This document shows, piece after piece, positions 41,432 to 49,989 of a stretch of DNA of 64,000 nt; within the stretch, counting starts at the first letter, position 1, and each line of letters begins with the position of its first letter. The notes under the pieces were generated by a model. That model saw only the letters and a program-made list of their open reading frames with translations. It was not told where the DNA came from and made no database searches. Source of the DNA: Alphaproteobacteria bacterium. Its GTDB lineage: Bacteria > Pseudomonadota > Alphaproteobacteria > UBA2966. The translations under genes were made by a program, and so were the position numbers. The stretch covers positions 1,024,001 through 1,088,000 of the forward strand of contig OZ219856.1 in NCBI GenBank assembly GCA_964291395.2, read 5' to 3'.

Positions 41432-42997
41432 CTAAGCTGACGCCGAGTCGAGCAGGCTGGCCGCAAGTTCCGCGCGAACGGTCTTGCCGCTCGCGTTCCG
41501 CGGGATCGTCGCTACCAGCTCGAGTCGGCGGGGTTTCTTGTAATCTGCCAATTCCCGCGCGCAGTGGGACTGAAGGTCCGCCAGATCGGGGTGTTCTCCG
41601 TGGCGTGGGATGACGCACGCCGTGACGATCTGGCCCCACTTGGCATCGGGCAAGCCCACGACGGCGCAATCGAATACGGCGGGATGGCACATCAACACCT
41701 GCTCGATCTCTGCGGGGTGGATGTTGACGCCCCCGCTGATGATGATCTCCTTCAGCCGGCCGACGAGGTAGAGGTATCCGTCCTCGTCGAGATAACCGAG
41801 GTCGCCGGTGTGGAACCATCCGTCCGTGAACGCGGCCGCGGTGGCTTCGGAGTCGTTCAGGTACTCGCGCATGACCGAGGGGTTGAGACACCGGATTTCG
41901 CCGACCTCGCCGGTCGGCAGCGCCGCGCCATCCTCTCCTGCGATCCGGATCTCGACCCCGGCGAACGGCGTTCCGACGGACGCCGGCTTGCGCCGTTGAT
42001 CCGCGGGCTCCAGGACCGTCATGCTGTTCGATTCCGTGGAGCCGTAGTAGTCGAACAGCCGGGGCGTCATGCGCTTCAGCACCTTTTCCTTGATCGCCGG
42101 TTGAAGAGGTGATCCGCAGGTCACAAGGCGGGACAGGCTCTCCAGGTTTCGGGGGGCGGAACCGCGTTCCAGTTCATCGAGCACCATGACCAGCACGGTG
42201 GGCACGACGAGGCTCGACGTCACCCGTTCGCTGGTGACGAGCGCCAGGTACTCGGCGGGATCGAAGTCGCGCTGGATGTGCACGCGTCCCCCGGTGTGCA
42301 GATGCATCAGCGTGAACGTGAGACCCGCCGAATGCACCTGGGGCATGACACCGAGATAGGTGTCTTCGGTGCCGAGGCCGTAAACGTCGATCGCCTTGTG
42401 GATCCAGACCATGCGGGCACGGTGGGTGGAGAGCGCGCCCTTGGGTTGGCCGGTCGTGCCCGAGGTGAACATCAGGCTGAAGTCGTCGTCCGGCGAAACG
42501 TCGGGGAGTGCGCCGGGCAACGACTCGCACAGTCGATCGAATGTCGCGTCGCCGGCGCCTCCGTCTGGATCGATGGAAACGATTTCCGGGAGGTCGATTT
42601 TCGCACGGGCGACCGCACGCTCGATCGTGTCCGTCCGGTCGACGGTGGTAACGAGGGTGCGGGGGCGGGCGAGGGCCAGAAGGCCCGCGATTTCACCTTC
42701 CTTCAGGCGCGGGTTGATGGGCGAGAAAATCCCGCCTGCCCGCGCGACCGCCAGGACGATGACCACGTAGGCAATGCAGTTGGGGAGGTAGGCGGAGACG
42801 ACGTCCCCCTTGCGCACGCCGAGATTTATAAAGCCCGCGGCAAGGCCGCTGGCTCGGCGATCGAGGTCGCCGAAGGTCAATGAGGCGTTTCCGTCGGTCA
42901 GGGCAACCTTGCCGGGCGCGGCGCGGGCGACCGCCGTGCCGATCCGGCCGACACGGAGGTCTTCGTTTCCTCGAGACCGTTCAGCCCCGGTCGCCAT
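41432..42997 (-). CDS. acyl-CoA ligase (ANL/AMP-binding)
   Basis: FTSGTTGQPKG, YGSTE, HTGDLG, SGGVNI, PRNASGK. Confidence 0.94.
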   Translation of the reverse strand: MATGAERSRGNEDLRVGRIGTAVARAAPGKVALTDGNASLTFGDLDRRASGLAAGFINLGVRKGDVVSAYLPNCIAYVVIVLAVARAGGIFSPINPRLKEGEIAGLLALARPRTLVTTVDRTDTIERAVARAKIDLPEIVSIDPDGGAGDATFDRLCESLPGALPDVSPDDDFSLMFTSGTTGQPKGALSTHRARMVWIHKAIDVYGLGTEDTYLGVMPQVHSAGLTFTLMHLHTGGRVHIQRDFDPAEYLALVTSERVTSSLVVPTVLVMVLDELERGSAPRNLESLSRLVTCGSPLQPAIKEKVLKRMTPRLFDYYGSTESNSMTVLEPADQRRKPASVGTPFAGVEIRIAGEDGAALPTGEVGEIRCLNPSVMREYLNDSEATAAAFTDGWFHTGDLGYLDEDGYLYLVGRLKEIIISGGVNIHPAEIEQVLMCHPAVFDCAVVGLPDAKWGQIVTACVIPRHGEHPDLADLQSHCARELADYKKPRRLELVATIPRNASGKTVRAELAASLLDSASA

Positions 42998-43706
42998 GAT
43001 CCGCAATGAGGGACTTGAGCTGTTCCAGAGCGGCGGACAAGGGTATTTCGGCGGGACAGACGCTTTCGGCGCGGACGATCGCGTCCCCGCCCAAGCTGTG
43101 CACTTCCGCGGCGATTTCCTTCAGGCGCGCCGCCCCGGCGCCGTCCCGTTCGTCGAGCGCGAGCATGAGCAGACGATTGAGGGCGGCCGGTCCGACACCG
43201 TCGTCGCCCTTCGCCTCATCGGCAATGGCGGAGACGCAGGCGCCGCAGGTGATGCAGCCGTTCTGCGCCTCGATCGTGGTGCGTTCGTTGGAGGCGGGCG
43301 GTATGACCGGCAGATCCCGGCGATCGGGCTCCCGCGGACGAAGGGCGGCTTCGGCGCGGGCCAGGCCATCGAAAAAGGGCCGCATGTCGGCGATCAGGTC
43401 GTGTCGCGTCGGCAGGCCCCTCAACGGTTCGATACGCAGAGTTCCACCGTCGGTTTCGCCGAGAGAGGTCTGGCACGCCAGGGCTTCCCGGCCGTTGATC
43501 ACGACGGCGCAGGCTCCGCACATACCGACACGGCAGGCGTAACGGAACCCGAGGGTGGGGTCCTCGTTCTCGCGCGCCCAGTTCAAGGCGTCGAGAACGC
43601 GTGCGTGCGCGGATCGCACTGGCACTTCGAAATGGCTCCGGTCCGCCGGATTCGTCCGGGCGACCTCGAGGGTGACGGTGGCGTTCGATCCGGCGATGTC
43701 GGTCAT
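42981..43706 (-). CDS. SdhB/FrdB-like iron-sulfur subunit with reduced Cys content
   Basis: FRYACRVGMCGAC...C, CITCGAC, GPAAL, VCP. Confidence 0.88.
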   Translation of the reverse strand: MTDIAGSNATVTLEVARTNPADRSHFEVPVRSAHARVLDALNWARENEDPTLGFRYACRVGMCGACAVVINGREALACQTSLGETDGGTLRIEPLRGLPTRHDLIADMRPFFDGLARAEAALRPREPDRRDLPVIPPASNERTTIEAQNGCITCGACVSAIADEAKGDDGVGPAALNRLLMLALDERDGAGAARLKEIAAEVHSLGGDAIVRAESVCPAEIPLSAALEQLKSLIADHGDRG

Positions 43707-45484
43707 GCGGGGATGAGGGTCTCGCCCCGCAGGGCCTCGGGCGTACGGCGGGTGAAGTCGACGGGGCGGGGTTCGGTATTCGGTTTTCCGTCAGCGGTGC
43801 GCCGCTGGACGAAGTTGACGAGGAAGCGGTCGTCGGAGTCGGGAACGTCCTCGCGGAAGTGGCTGCCCCGGCTCTCTTCCCGGGCGCTCGCCGCCGTGCC
43901 GATGAGACGCGCCACGTCGATCAGGTTCTCCGCGTCCAGGCGTTCCTGCAGGTCGGGATTTGCGCCGCGCCTCGCCGGCATGGCCAAGGCGCCGAGTTCA
44001 CCTTCGATGGCGTCCAGTTCATCGGCTGCCCGTGCCAAACCGTCTGCATCACGGAGAATGCCCAGGTAGTCCCAGGCCAGGGCGCGCAGCCGGTTCTTCA
44101 GTTTGAAGGGCTGTCCCGTGATCTCGCCGGACCCGTCCAGACGGACACGGGCCGGGCCGAGCCGGTCCTTGTCGAAGGGCGCACGCGTCCCTTCTCTCGC
44201 GTGACGGGCGATCGACTCACCGGCGATGGCCCCGAACACCATCGATTCAGCCACTCCATTGCCGCCGAGGCGGTTGGCGCCGTGGACGCCGCCGGCGTCC
44301 TCGCCCGCGGCGAACAACCCGTCCACGGTTGTGCGGCAGTCGGTGTCGATAAGGATGCCGCCCATTTGGAAGTGCGCCGTGGGGGTCACCTCGATCAGGT
44401 CCGTTGCCATGTCGGTGCCGACCGTCAGGCAGCGGGCATACATGCCTGGCGAGGACTTGAGCAGGAACTCCTTGCCGAGATGCCGGACGTCGAGATAGAT
44501 GCCTTCGCTGGCCGTACCGCGACCGGCGCGAATCTCCATCATGCCGCTCCGCGAGACGCGGTCGCGGGTCGAGCGTTCCATCTTCTCGGGATCGTAGCGC
44601 TCCATGTAGCGCTCGTGATTGGCGTTGAGCAGGTGGCCGCCGGCGCCCCGCAGCCCTTCCTCGAGGACCGTCCCGTTCAGCAGCGAACCATCCACGATGA
44701 GTCCCGTGGGATGGAATTGCATCATCTCCATGTCGACGAATTCGGCGCCGGCCCGGTACGCCATCGCCAGCCCGTCTCCCGACTTCTCGAGCGAAGCCGC
44801 GGTGATGCGGTAGAGAGGGGCGGCCCCGCCCGTCGCCAGGAGGACGGCGGTGGCGTGGGCGGTGATGAGCTCGCCGCTGTGATGGTCGAGCAACAGCGCG
44901 CCGGCCACCGTTCGACCCGAGGCATCCAGCAGCAGGTCGATTCCGCGAACCTCGTTGAGCAGCTCGATGTCGCGAACGAGGACCTGTTCCGAAAGGCGGC
45001 TGATGATCTCGATTCCGGTGAGGTCGCCGCAGTGGATGGTGCGGTTGAACGATTGGCCGGCAAGCGCTCGCTGGTGAATGGTGCCGTCGGCGTTGCGGTC
45101 GAAGGTGCATCCGAAGGAGTTCTCCATCTCGAAAACGCGCTCGGGTGCCTGCGTGACCAGGGTCCAGGCAAGCTCCTGATTGTTGATCAGGTTGCCGCCC
45201 CGGATGGTGTCGTCGTAGTGCTTGTCGACCGAATCGTCTTCGTGCAGGACGACGTTGTAGCCGCCCTGAACCATGCGCGTGCAGCCGCTCTTGCCGAACA
45301 GGCCCTTGCTGGCCAAAACGATATCGAGGTCGGGCGCGGAGTCGCTCGCGTGAATCGCCGCGAACAGGGCGGCGCCGCCGCCGCCGATGATCAGGACGTC
45401 ACAGGTCAGGGATTGCACGTGGGTCGCTCGGCGATAAGGGGCGTCTGGATCGAGACTGACGGCACGCCGGGAGTCATAGACCAT
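43703..45484 (-). CDS. SdhA/FrdA-family flavoprotein
   Basis: IIGGGGAA, QFHPTG, E.LRG.GG, HFQMGG, HGANRLGGNG, REESRGSH. Confidence 0.92.
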   Translation of the reverse strand: MVYDSRRAVSLDPDAPYRRATHVQSLTCDVLIIGGGGAALFAAIHASDSAPDLDIVLASKGLFGKSGCTRMVQGGYNVVLHEDDSVDKHYDDTIRGGNLINNQELAWTLVTQAPERVFEMENSFGCTFDRNADGTIHQRALAGQSFNRTIHCGDLTGIEIISRLSEQVLVRDIELLNEVRGIDLLLDASGRTVAGALLLDHHSGELITAHATAVLLATGGAAPLYRITAASLEKSGDGLAMAYRAGAEFVDMEMMQFHPTGLIVDGSLLNGTVLEEGLRGAGGHLLNANHERYMERYDPEKMERSTRDRVSRSGMMEIRAGRGTASEGIYLDVRHLGKEFLLKSSPGMYARCLTVGTDMATDLIEVTPTAHFQMGGILIDTDCRTTVDGLFAAGEDAGGVHGANRLGGNGVAESMVFGAIAGESIARHAREGTRAPFDKDRLGPARVRLDGSGEITGQPFKLKNRLRALAWDYLGILRDADGLARAADELDAIEGELGALAMPARRGANPDLQERLDAENLIDVARLIGTAASAREESRGSHFREDVPDSDDRFLVNFVQRRTADGKPNTEPRPVDFTRRTPEALRGETLIPA

Positions 45485-46850
45485 CGGCGAGGTCTGACAA
45501 GGCGCGGTCGACCCCTTCCACGATGTAATCGACGTCGTCGCTGGTCGTGATGAGGGGGGGCAGGATCGGGATCACGCCGTCCGCGGCTCGCGTCAATAAG
45601 CCGTGGCTATCGAGGAGAGCCGTGATCTTGTCGCTGACGCCCATGGCTGCCGGAAACCGCTCCCGCGTCTCCCGGTCCTTCACCAGTTCGACCGCGGCGA
45701 ACAGTCCCTTGCCGCCCCGGATGTCGCCGACGAAAGGATGGCGATAGAGCACCTGAAGGCGTTCGAACAGATACTGCCCCATCTTCGCCGAGTTCTCGAC
45801 CAGGTTCTCTTCCTCGATGATCTTGAGGTTGGCGAGCGCCGCGGCGCAGGCGATCGGGTGACCGCCATAGGTATAGAGATGGCGGAACTTCTCGTCCTCG
45901 CCGCCCAGGAACGTATCGGCGACCTCCTTGCGCGCAATCGCGCCGGCGGCGGGGAGATAGCCGCTGCTCAACTGCTTGGCCATGGTCGTGATGTCGGGCT
46001 GTACGTCCCAGTGCATGCTGGCGAACCACTTGCCCGTTCGCCCGTATCCGGTGACCACCTCGTCCATGATCATCAATACGCCGAAGCGATCGCAGATCTC
46101 GCGGATGGTGGGCCAATAGTCGTCGTGAGGAATGTAGACGCCGCCGGTGATCGACATGGGCTCGCCGATGAAGGCGGCTACCGTCTCGGGTCCCTCGTCC
46201 TCGATGACGCGTTCGACGTCGCGCGCGCATTCGAGCGTGCACGAGCCGTTCTCCGCGCAGAGCGAACAGCGGTACTCGTTGGGCTGGGTCACGTGAAAGT
46301 TGCCGGGTTGCAGCGGACCGTAGTCCTCGGGCGCCGCGATACCGCCGCCGCCCGCGGCCATCGTCGCGTGAGTGCCGCCATGGTACGAGCCGGCTCGGCT
46401 GACGACCTTGTAACGGCCGGCGTCGCCCCGGATCTTGTGGTACTTCTTGGCGATCTTGAGAGCGACTTCGTTCGACTCGGCGCCGCCGTTGGTCAGAAAC
46501 ACCCGAGAGCCCTTGTCGGGCGCGAGGCTGGCGATTTTGGCCGAGACTCGGATGGTATTGGGATTCGTGCCTGCCCAGGGGTTCGACGTGATTCCCTGCA
46601 TGGCCTCGTGGACGGCGTCCGCGATCTCCTTGCGGCCATAGCCAACCGCCTGCAGCCACATCCCGGACATCATGTCGAAGACTCTTCGGCCTTCGATGTC
46701 GGTGAGCCAGCAACCCTCGCCGCTTTCGTAGATCTTCAGCGTCTCCGGCGTCTGGGCGAAGTCGTTCATCTGGTGGAACGGGAGCCACAGATGATCGATC
46801 GCCATCCGGCGCAGGTCTTCATGCGACTGTTCGTTTTCGCGTCCGGTCAT
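45474..46850 (-). CDS. class III PLP aminotransferase (omega-amine type)
   Basis: GGAESNE, SYHG, DEVVTGYGRTG, TMAKQLSSGY, YTYGGHP. Confidence 0.93.
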   Translation of the reverse strand: MTGRENEQSHEDLRRMAIDHLWLPFHQMNDFAQTPETLKIYESGEGCWLTDIEGRRVFDMMSGMWLQAVGYGRKEIADAVHEAMQGITSNPWAGTNPNTIRVSAKIASLAPDKGSRVFLTNGGAESNEVALKIAKKYHKIRGDAGRYKVVSRAGSYHGGTHATMAAGGGGIAAPEDYGPLQPGNFHVTQPNEYRCSLCAENGSCTLECARDVERVIEDEGPETVAAFIGEPMSITGGVYIPHDDYWPTIREICDRFGVLMIMDEVVTGYGRTGKWFASMHWDVQPDITTMAKQLSSGYLPAAGAIARKEVADTFLGGEDEKFRHLYTYGGHPIACAAALANLKIIEEENLVENSAKMGQYLFERLQVLYRHPFVGDIRGGKGLFAAVELVKDRETRERFPAAMGVSDKITALLDSHGLLTRAADGVIPILPPLITTSDDVDYIVEGVDRALSDLADGL

Positions 46851-46969
46851 GTCGTTGGCTCCCTGAGGAAATACGTTGAGCGCGCGGCTCCGGCAAACAT
46901 ACCAGATACCCCTCCGGTCTTTCCCCCGCGCTCGCCACCGATGGTGCCGGGAGGGGGAGTAACGATTCG

Positions 46970-48352
46970 TCAGGAGGCGAGCACGGCGTCGGCACGTTCG
47001 CGCGCGGCGGACGCGCGCTGCGGGTCGCCCAGAGCCTCCAGCGTTTCGGCGTACTTGAGCCAATTCCCGCGACTGTTGGGTTTCTCGGCGATCCGTTCGG
47101 CCAGCAGCGTCCGCGCGAGGCCAAGGCGCCTGCTCCGGATCGCCGATTCGATCAGCACCTGGGCGAAGATGTCGCGTTGCGCGTGGCTGCCGCCGACGTG
47201 GGCGAGGTCGTAGCGCAAGGGCAGCAGGCCATCGACCACGGCGTCATGGTTATCCTTGGCGAAGTCGAGCAGGGCCTGACAGATCGGGATCGTCGTCGAC
47301 TCCATGGTCGCGGCGGCGAAGTTGTCGGGCGTCTTGGCAAAAGCATGCAGCGACGCCAACAGCTTCTCGGCGGCGTCGTAGCGCTTGTCGCCCGCCAGCG
47401 CCATCATCGTGTGGGTGTCGGTGAAGGCGAGGACATGATCGTCCACGTGCGCCTCCATGGCATCCGCCAAGGGCTTCCAGCGGTCGCCCACGTCGACGCC
47501 GAGGAGGTCGAGGCGCAGCAGCATGGAGGCGCCGTTCTGGACGTCGAGATAGAAGTCCCATGCCTCGGGTTTGACGGAGCGGTCGAACAGCGTGAGCACG
47601 TCGTCGTAGTCGCCTGCCTCGACCGAATACATGGTCAGGTGCCACCAGAGATGGCCTTTGAAGGGATTGCGGTCCTCCCAGGCGTCCGCCGGGTAATCCA
47701 GCCACTGCATCCCCTCGCGCAGGCGGCCCTGCATCTCGAGGACGTGGGCGACCGCGTGGATCGCCCAGAGGTCGTCCGGGTTGGCCTCGACGGCCCGGCG
47801 CCCGAATTCCTCGGCCCGCGCGTACTCGCCGCATTCCTCCAGGCCGAAGGCGTACATGCCCTGGACGCTGCCGTAGCCGGGCACGGAGTCGTCCCACTGG
47901 TCGATGACCCGGGCGACGCCGTCGCGGAGGTCCTGCGCGCGGCCCATCCAGAAGGAATTGTAATGCTGCAAGCGCAGCGCCAGCAGGTCATGGGGATGTT
48001 CCCGGAGGATGCCGTCCCAGACGGCGCAGGCCGACGTCAGGTCGCCGCGGGACCAGGCCCTGAGCGCGTCCACGTGGGCGGCTTCCCGGCTCGTGACCTT
48101 GCCGACGCCCGCTTCGGCGGCAGCGAGGCTTTCCTCGATCTTCGGCTCCACCGCGGTCGTTCCGAACAGATTGAACAGGTAGCCCTTGAAGCACTGCCCC
48201 ATGACGAAGTCGGGATCCGCTCCGAGCATCCGCTTGATGGCGTCTCCGACCCCCGCCCGGTAGTCCAGGTACTGCGCCATCGTCTCCTTGAAGCCCTCCA
48301 CGGCGTCGGCGCTGTCGGTGGTCAGGGTGAGGCCGCGTTCGTCGCTGTACAT
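46970..48352 (-). CDS. TTC38-like tetratricopeptide repeat protein
   Basis: AFGLEE, WAIHAVAHVLEM, HLWWH, GGSHAQRD. Confidence 0.88.
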   Translation of the reverse strand: MYSDERGLTLTTDSADAVEGFKETMAQYLDYRAGVGDAIKRMLGADPDFVMGQCFKGYLFNLFGTTAVEPKIEESLAAAEAGVGKVTSREAAHVDALRAWSRGDLTSACAVWDGILREHPHDLLALRLQHYNSFWMGRAQDLRDGVARVIDQWDDSVPGYGSVQGMYAFGLEECGEYARAEEFGRRAVEANPDDLWAIHAVAHVLEMQGRLREGMQWLDYPADAWEDRNPFKGHLWWHLTMYSVEAGDYDDVLTLFDRSVKPEAWDFYLDVQNGASMLLRLDLLGVDVGDRWKPLADAMEAHVDDHVLAFTDTHTMMALAGDKRYDAAEKLLASLHAFAKTPDNFAAATMESTTIPICQALLDFAKDNHDAVVDGLLPLRYDLAHVGGSHAQRDIFAQVLIESAIRSRRLGLARTLLAERIAEKPNSRGNWLKYAETLEALGDPQRASAARERADAVLAS

Positions 48353-48463
48353 GGTCGTTCCTCACGTGGGTCGAGACGGTCCGGGGGGCATGGTTTAGAC
48401 GGGAATCGCCGTGTCTTCAACGGCACCCCGGGGGCGCATTCGCGAGTTGGACGAAACCGGCCG

Positions 48464-48793
48464 CTATGAGTCGCCCCCACCCTCCAGGCGGACGTAGATC
48501 TTCCCGTTTTCGACCTTGGTGGCGTAGGTGTCGAGGGCGACGGAGACCGGTGCGCCTTTCGGCTTGCCGGTGGGAATGTGGAACCGCCCCTGATGGACCG
48601 GGCACTCGATGATGTCGTCGATCACGATCCCCTCGGAAAGGAAGGCGAAGGCATGGGTGCAGACGTTCTCTGTGGCATAGAACTCCCCCTTCACGTTGTA
48701 GACGGCCACGGCGGTGCCCTCGACGTTGACGCCGAGAACGTCCTCTTCCTCGATATCGTCGGTCGATGCGACCAGATGCCATTCTTCGGCCAT
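48464..48793 (-). CDS. Rieske [2Fe-2S] ferredoxin (MocE-like)
   Basis: CTH...CPVHQGRF. Confidence 0.93.
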   Translation of the reverse strand: MAEEWHLVASTDDIEEEDVLGVNVEGTAVAVYNVKGEFYATENVCTHAFAFLSEGIVIDDIIECPVHQGRFHIPTGKPKGAPVSVALDTYATKVENGKIYVRLEGGGDS

Positions 48794-48829
48794 GCCGCGA
48801 GCCTCCTGTCGTCTACGGGTGAATGCCGG

Positions 48830-49834
48830 TCAGATGGACTGGATGAGGCGGAACCGGAACCTTCGTTCCAAGTGGTCGCGCAGGACGTCCCGCTGGACCG
48901 CCCAATACCCCTTGTCGACGGGGTTCATCTCGTGACCCACCTCGGCGTGCAGCGCGGGCAGGGCGTGGAACGGAACCGACGGAGCCAGATGGTGCTCGCA
49001 ATGATAGGGCATGTTCCAGCAGAGGAACCGGGTCAGGGGGTCGGTCTTCACGGTGCGGGCGTAGGTCCGGAGATCGAGCTTCCCTTCCGTGCAGCCGGTA
49101 TGGTCGGCGACTCGGAGGGCCCGCGCCACGGGCACGCCGATGACCGTGGGGATGGCCCAGTAGATGGCGACGGCCCAGGTCTCGAGGCCGACGCTGACGA
49201 CGGCGAGGCCCACGTAAATCGCCAGCATGACGCGGGCCTCGAAGAAGATCTTCGGCAACTGGTCCTCGGGCACGAACTGGCGGTTGAACGGGCGAATCCG
49301 GCCCATGGAATGGCGCAGGATCCAGCCGATGTTCTTGATCCACAGTTGGGTGGCCGTGACGTAGTAGACATAGTCCATCCACGACGAGGGACTCGGCAGC
49401 ACGTATTGCGGGTCTTTGTCCATTTCCTGGGCATGGGTGTGATGGCCGGTATGGTCGTAGCGGAAATACGTGGGCGGCCACACGATCAGGATGCCCGTGA
49501 TCCAGTGCACGGTCTCGTTGAGCCAGCGGGTGCGGAAGGCGGTGCCGTGGCTGCACTCGTGCATCGGCGCGAACAGGTGCCCCAGCATGACGCCGTGCAG
49601 CAACATCGCCGGAATCAGCCAGCCGGTCCCCGTGGCCAGATACACCAGATATCCGGTCCCGAAGATGATCGACATGTGTCCGCCGAGATGGATCAGGCCG
49701 TGGCGGTCGGTGCGCTTGGTGAAGGGCTTGAGCCGTCCGCGCGAGATGATCTCCCGCTGCGCCGCCAAGAGCTTCGCATTGGCCTCGGGGCTGGTCAGCT
49801 TTTGGGTCGAGGGGTCGGCGGTTGCGGCTTCCAA
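48830..49834 (-). CDS. fatty-acid-desaturase-family di-iron enzyme (MocD-like)
   Basis: His boxes HECSH, HTGHH and WNMPYHCEHH; PFHALP. Confidence 0.9.
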   Translation of the reverse strand: MEAATADPSTQKLTSPEANAKLLAAQREIISRGRLKPFTKRTDRHGLIHLGGHMSIIFGTGYLVYLATGTGWLIPAMLLHGVMLGHLFAPMHECSHGTAFRTRWLNETVHWITGILIVWPPTYFRYDHTGHHTHAQEMDKDPQYVLPSPSSWMDYVYYVTATQLWIKNIGWILRHSMGRIRPFNRQFVPEDQLPKIFFEARVMLAIYVGLAVVSVGLETWAVAIYWAIPTVIGVPVARALRVADHTGCTEGKLDLRTYARTVKTDPLTRFLCWNMPYHCEHHLAPSVPFHALPALHAEVGHEMNPVDKGYWAVQRDVLRDHLERRFRFRLIQSI

Positions 49835-49989
49835 TGTGGTGTCCTTTCGCTAAACTCCCGGCGAATTTTTTTCACCGGAGCGGCGCTCGAACCTAGCAGC
49901 GGCGATCCACGTTCTCAAGCGATCCCAGGCGTATGGGGCGATTCGCATGGACGGGTTCGGGCGCCGTGACGACATGTCCCAGGGAGGCG

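Noticed and set aside
42981-45484. Canonical sdhAB or frdAB call
   Set aside because: No anchor subunits, no covalent-FAD His and missing [3Fe-4S] ligands.
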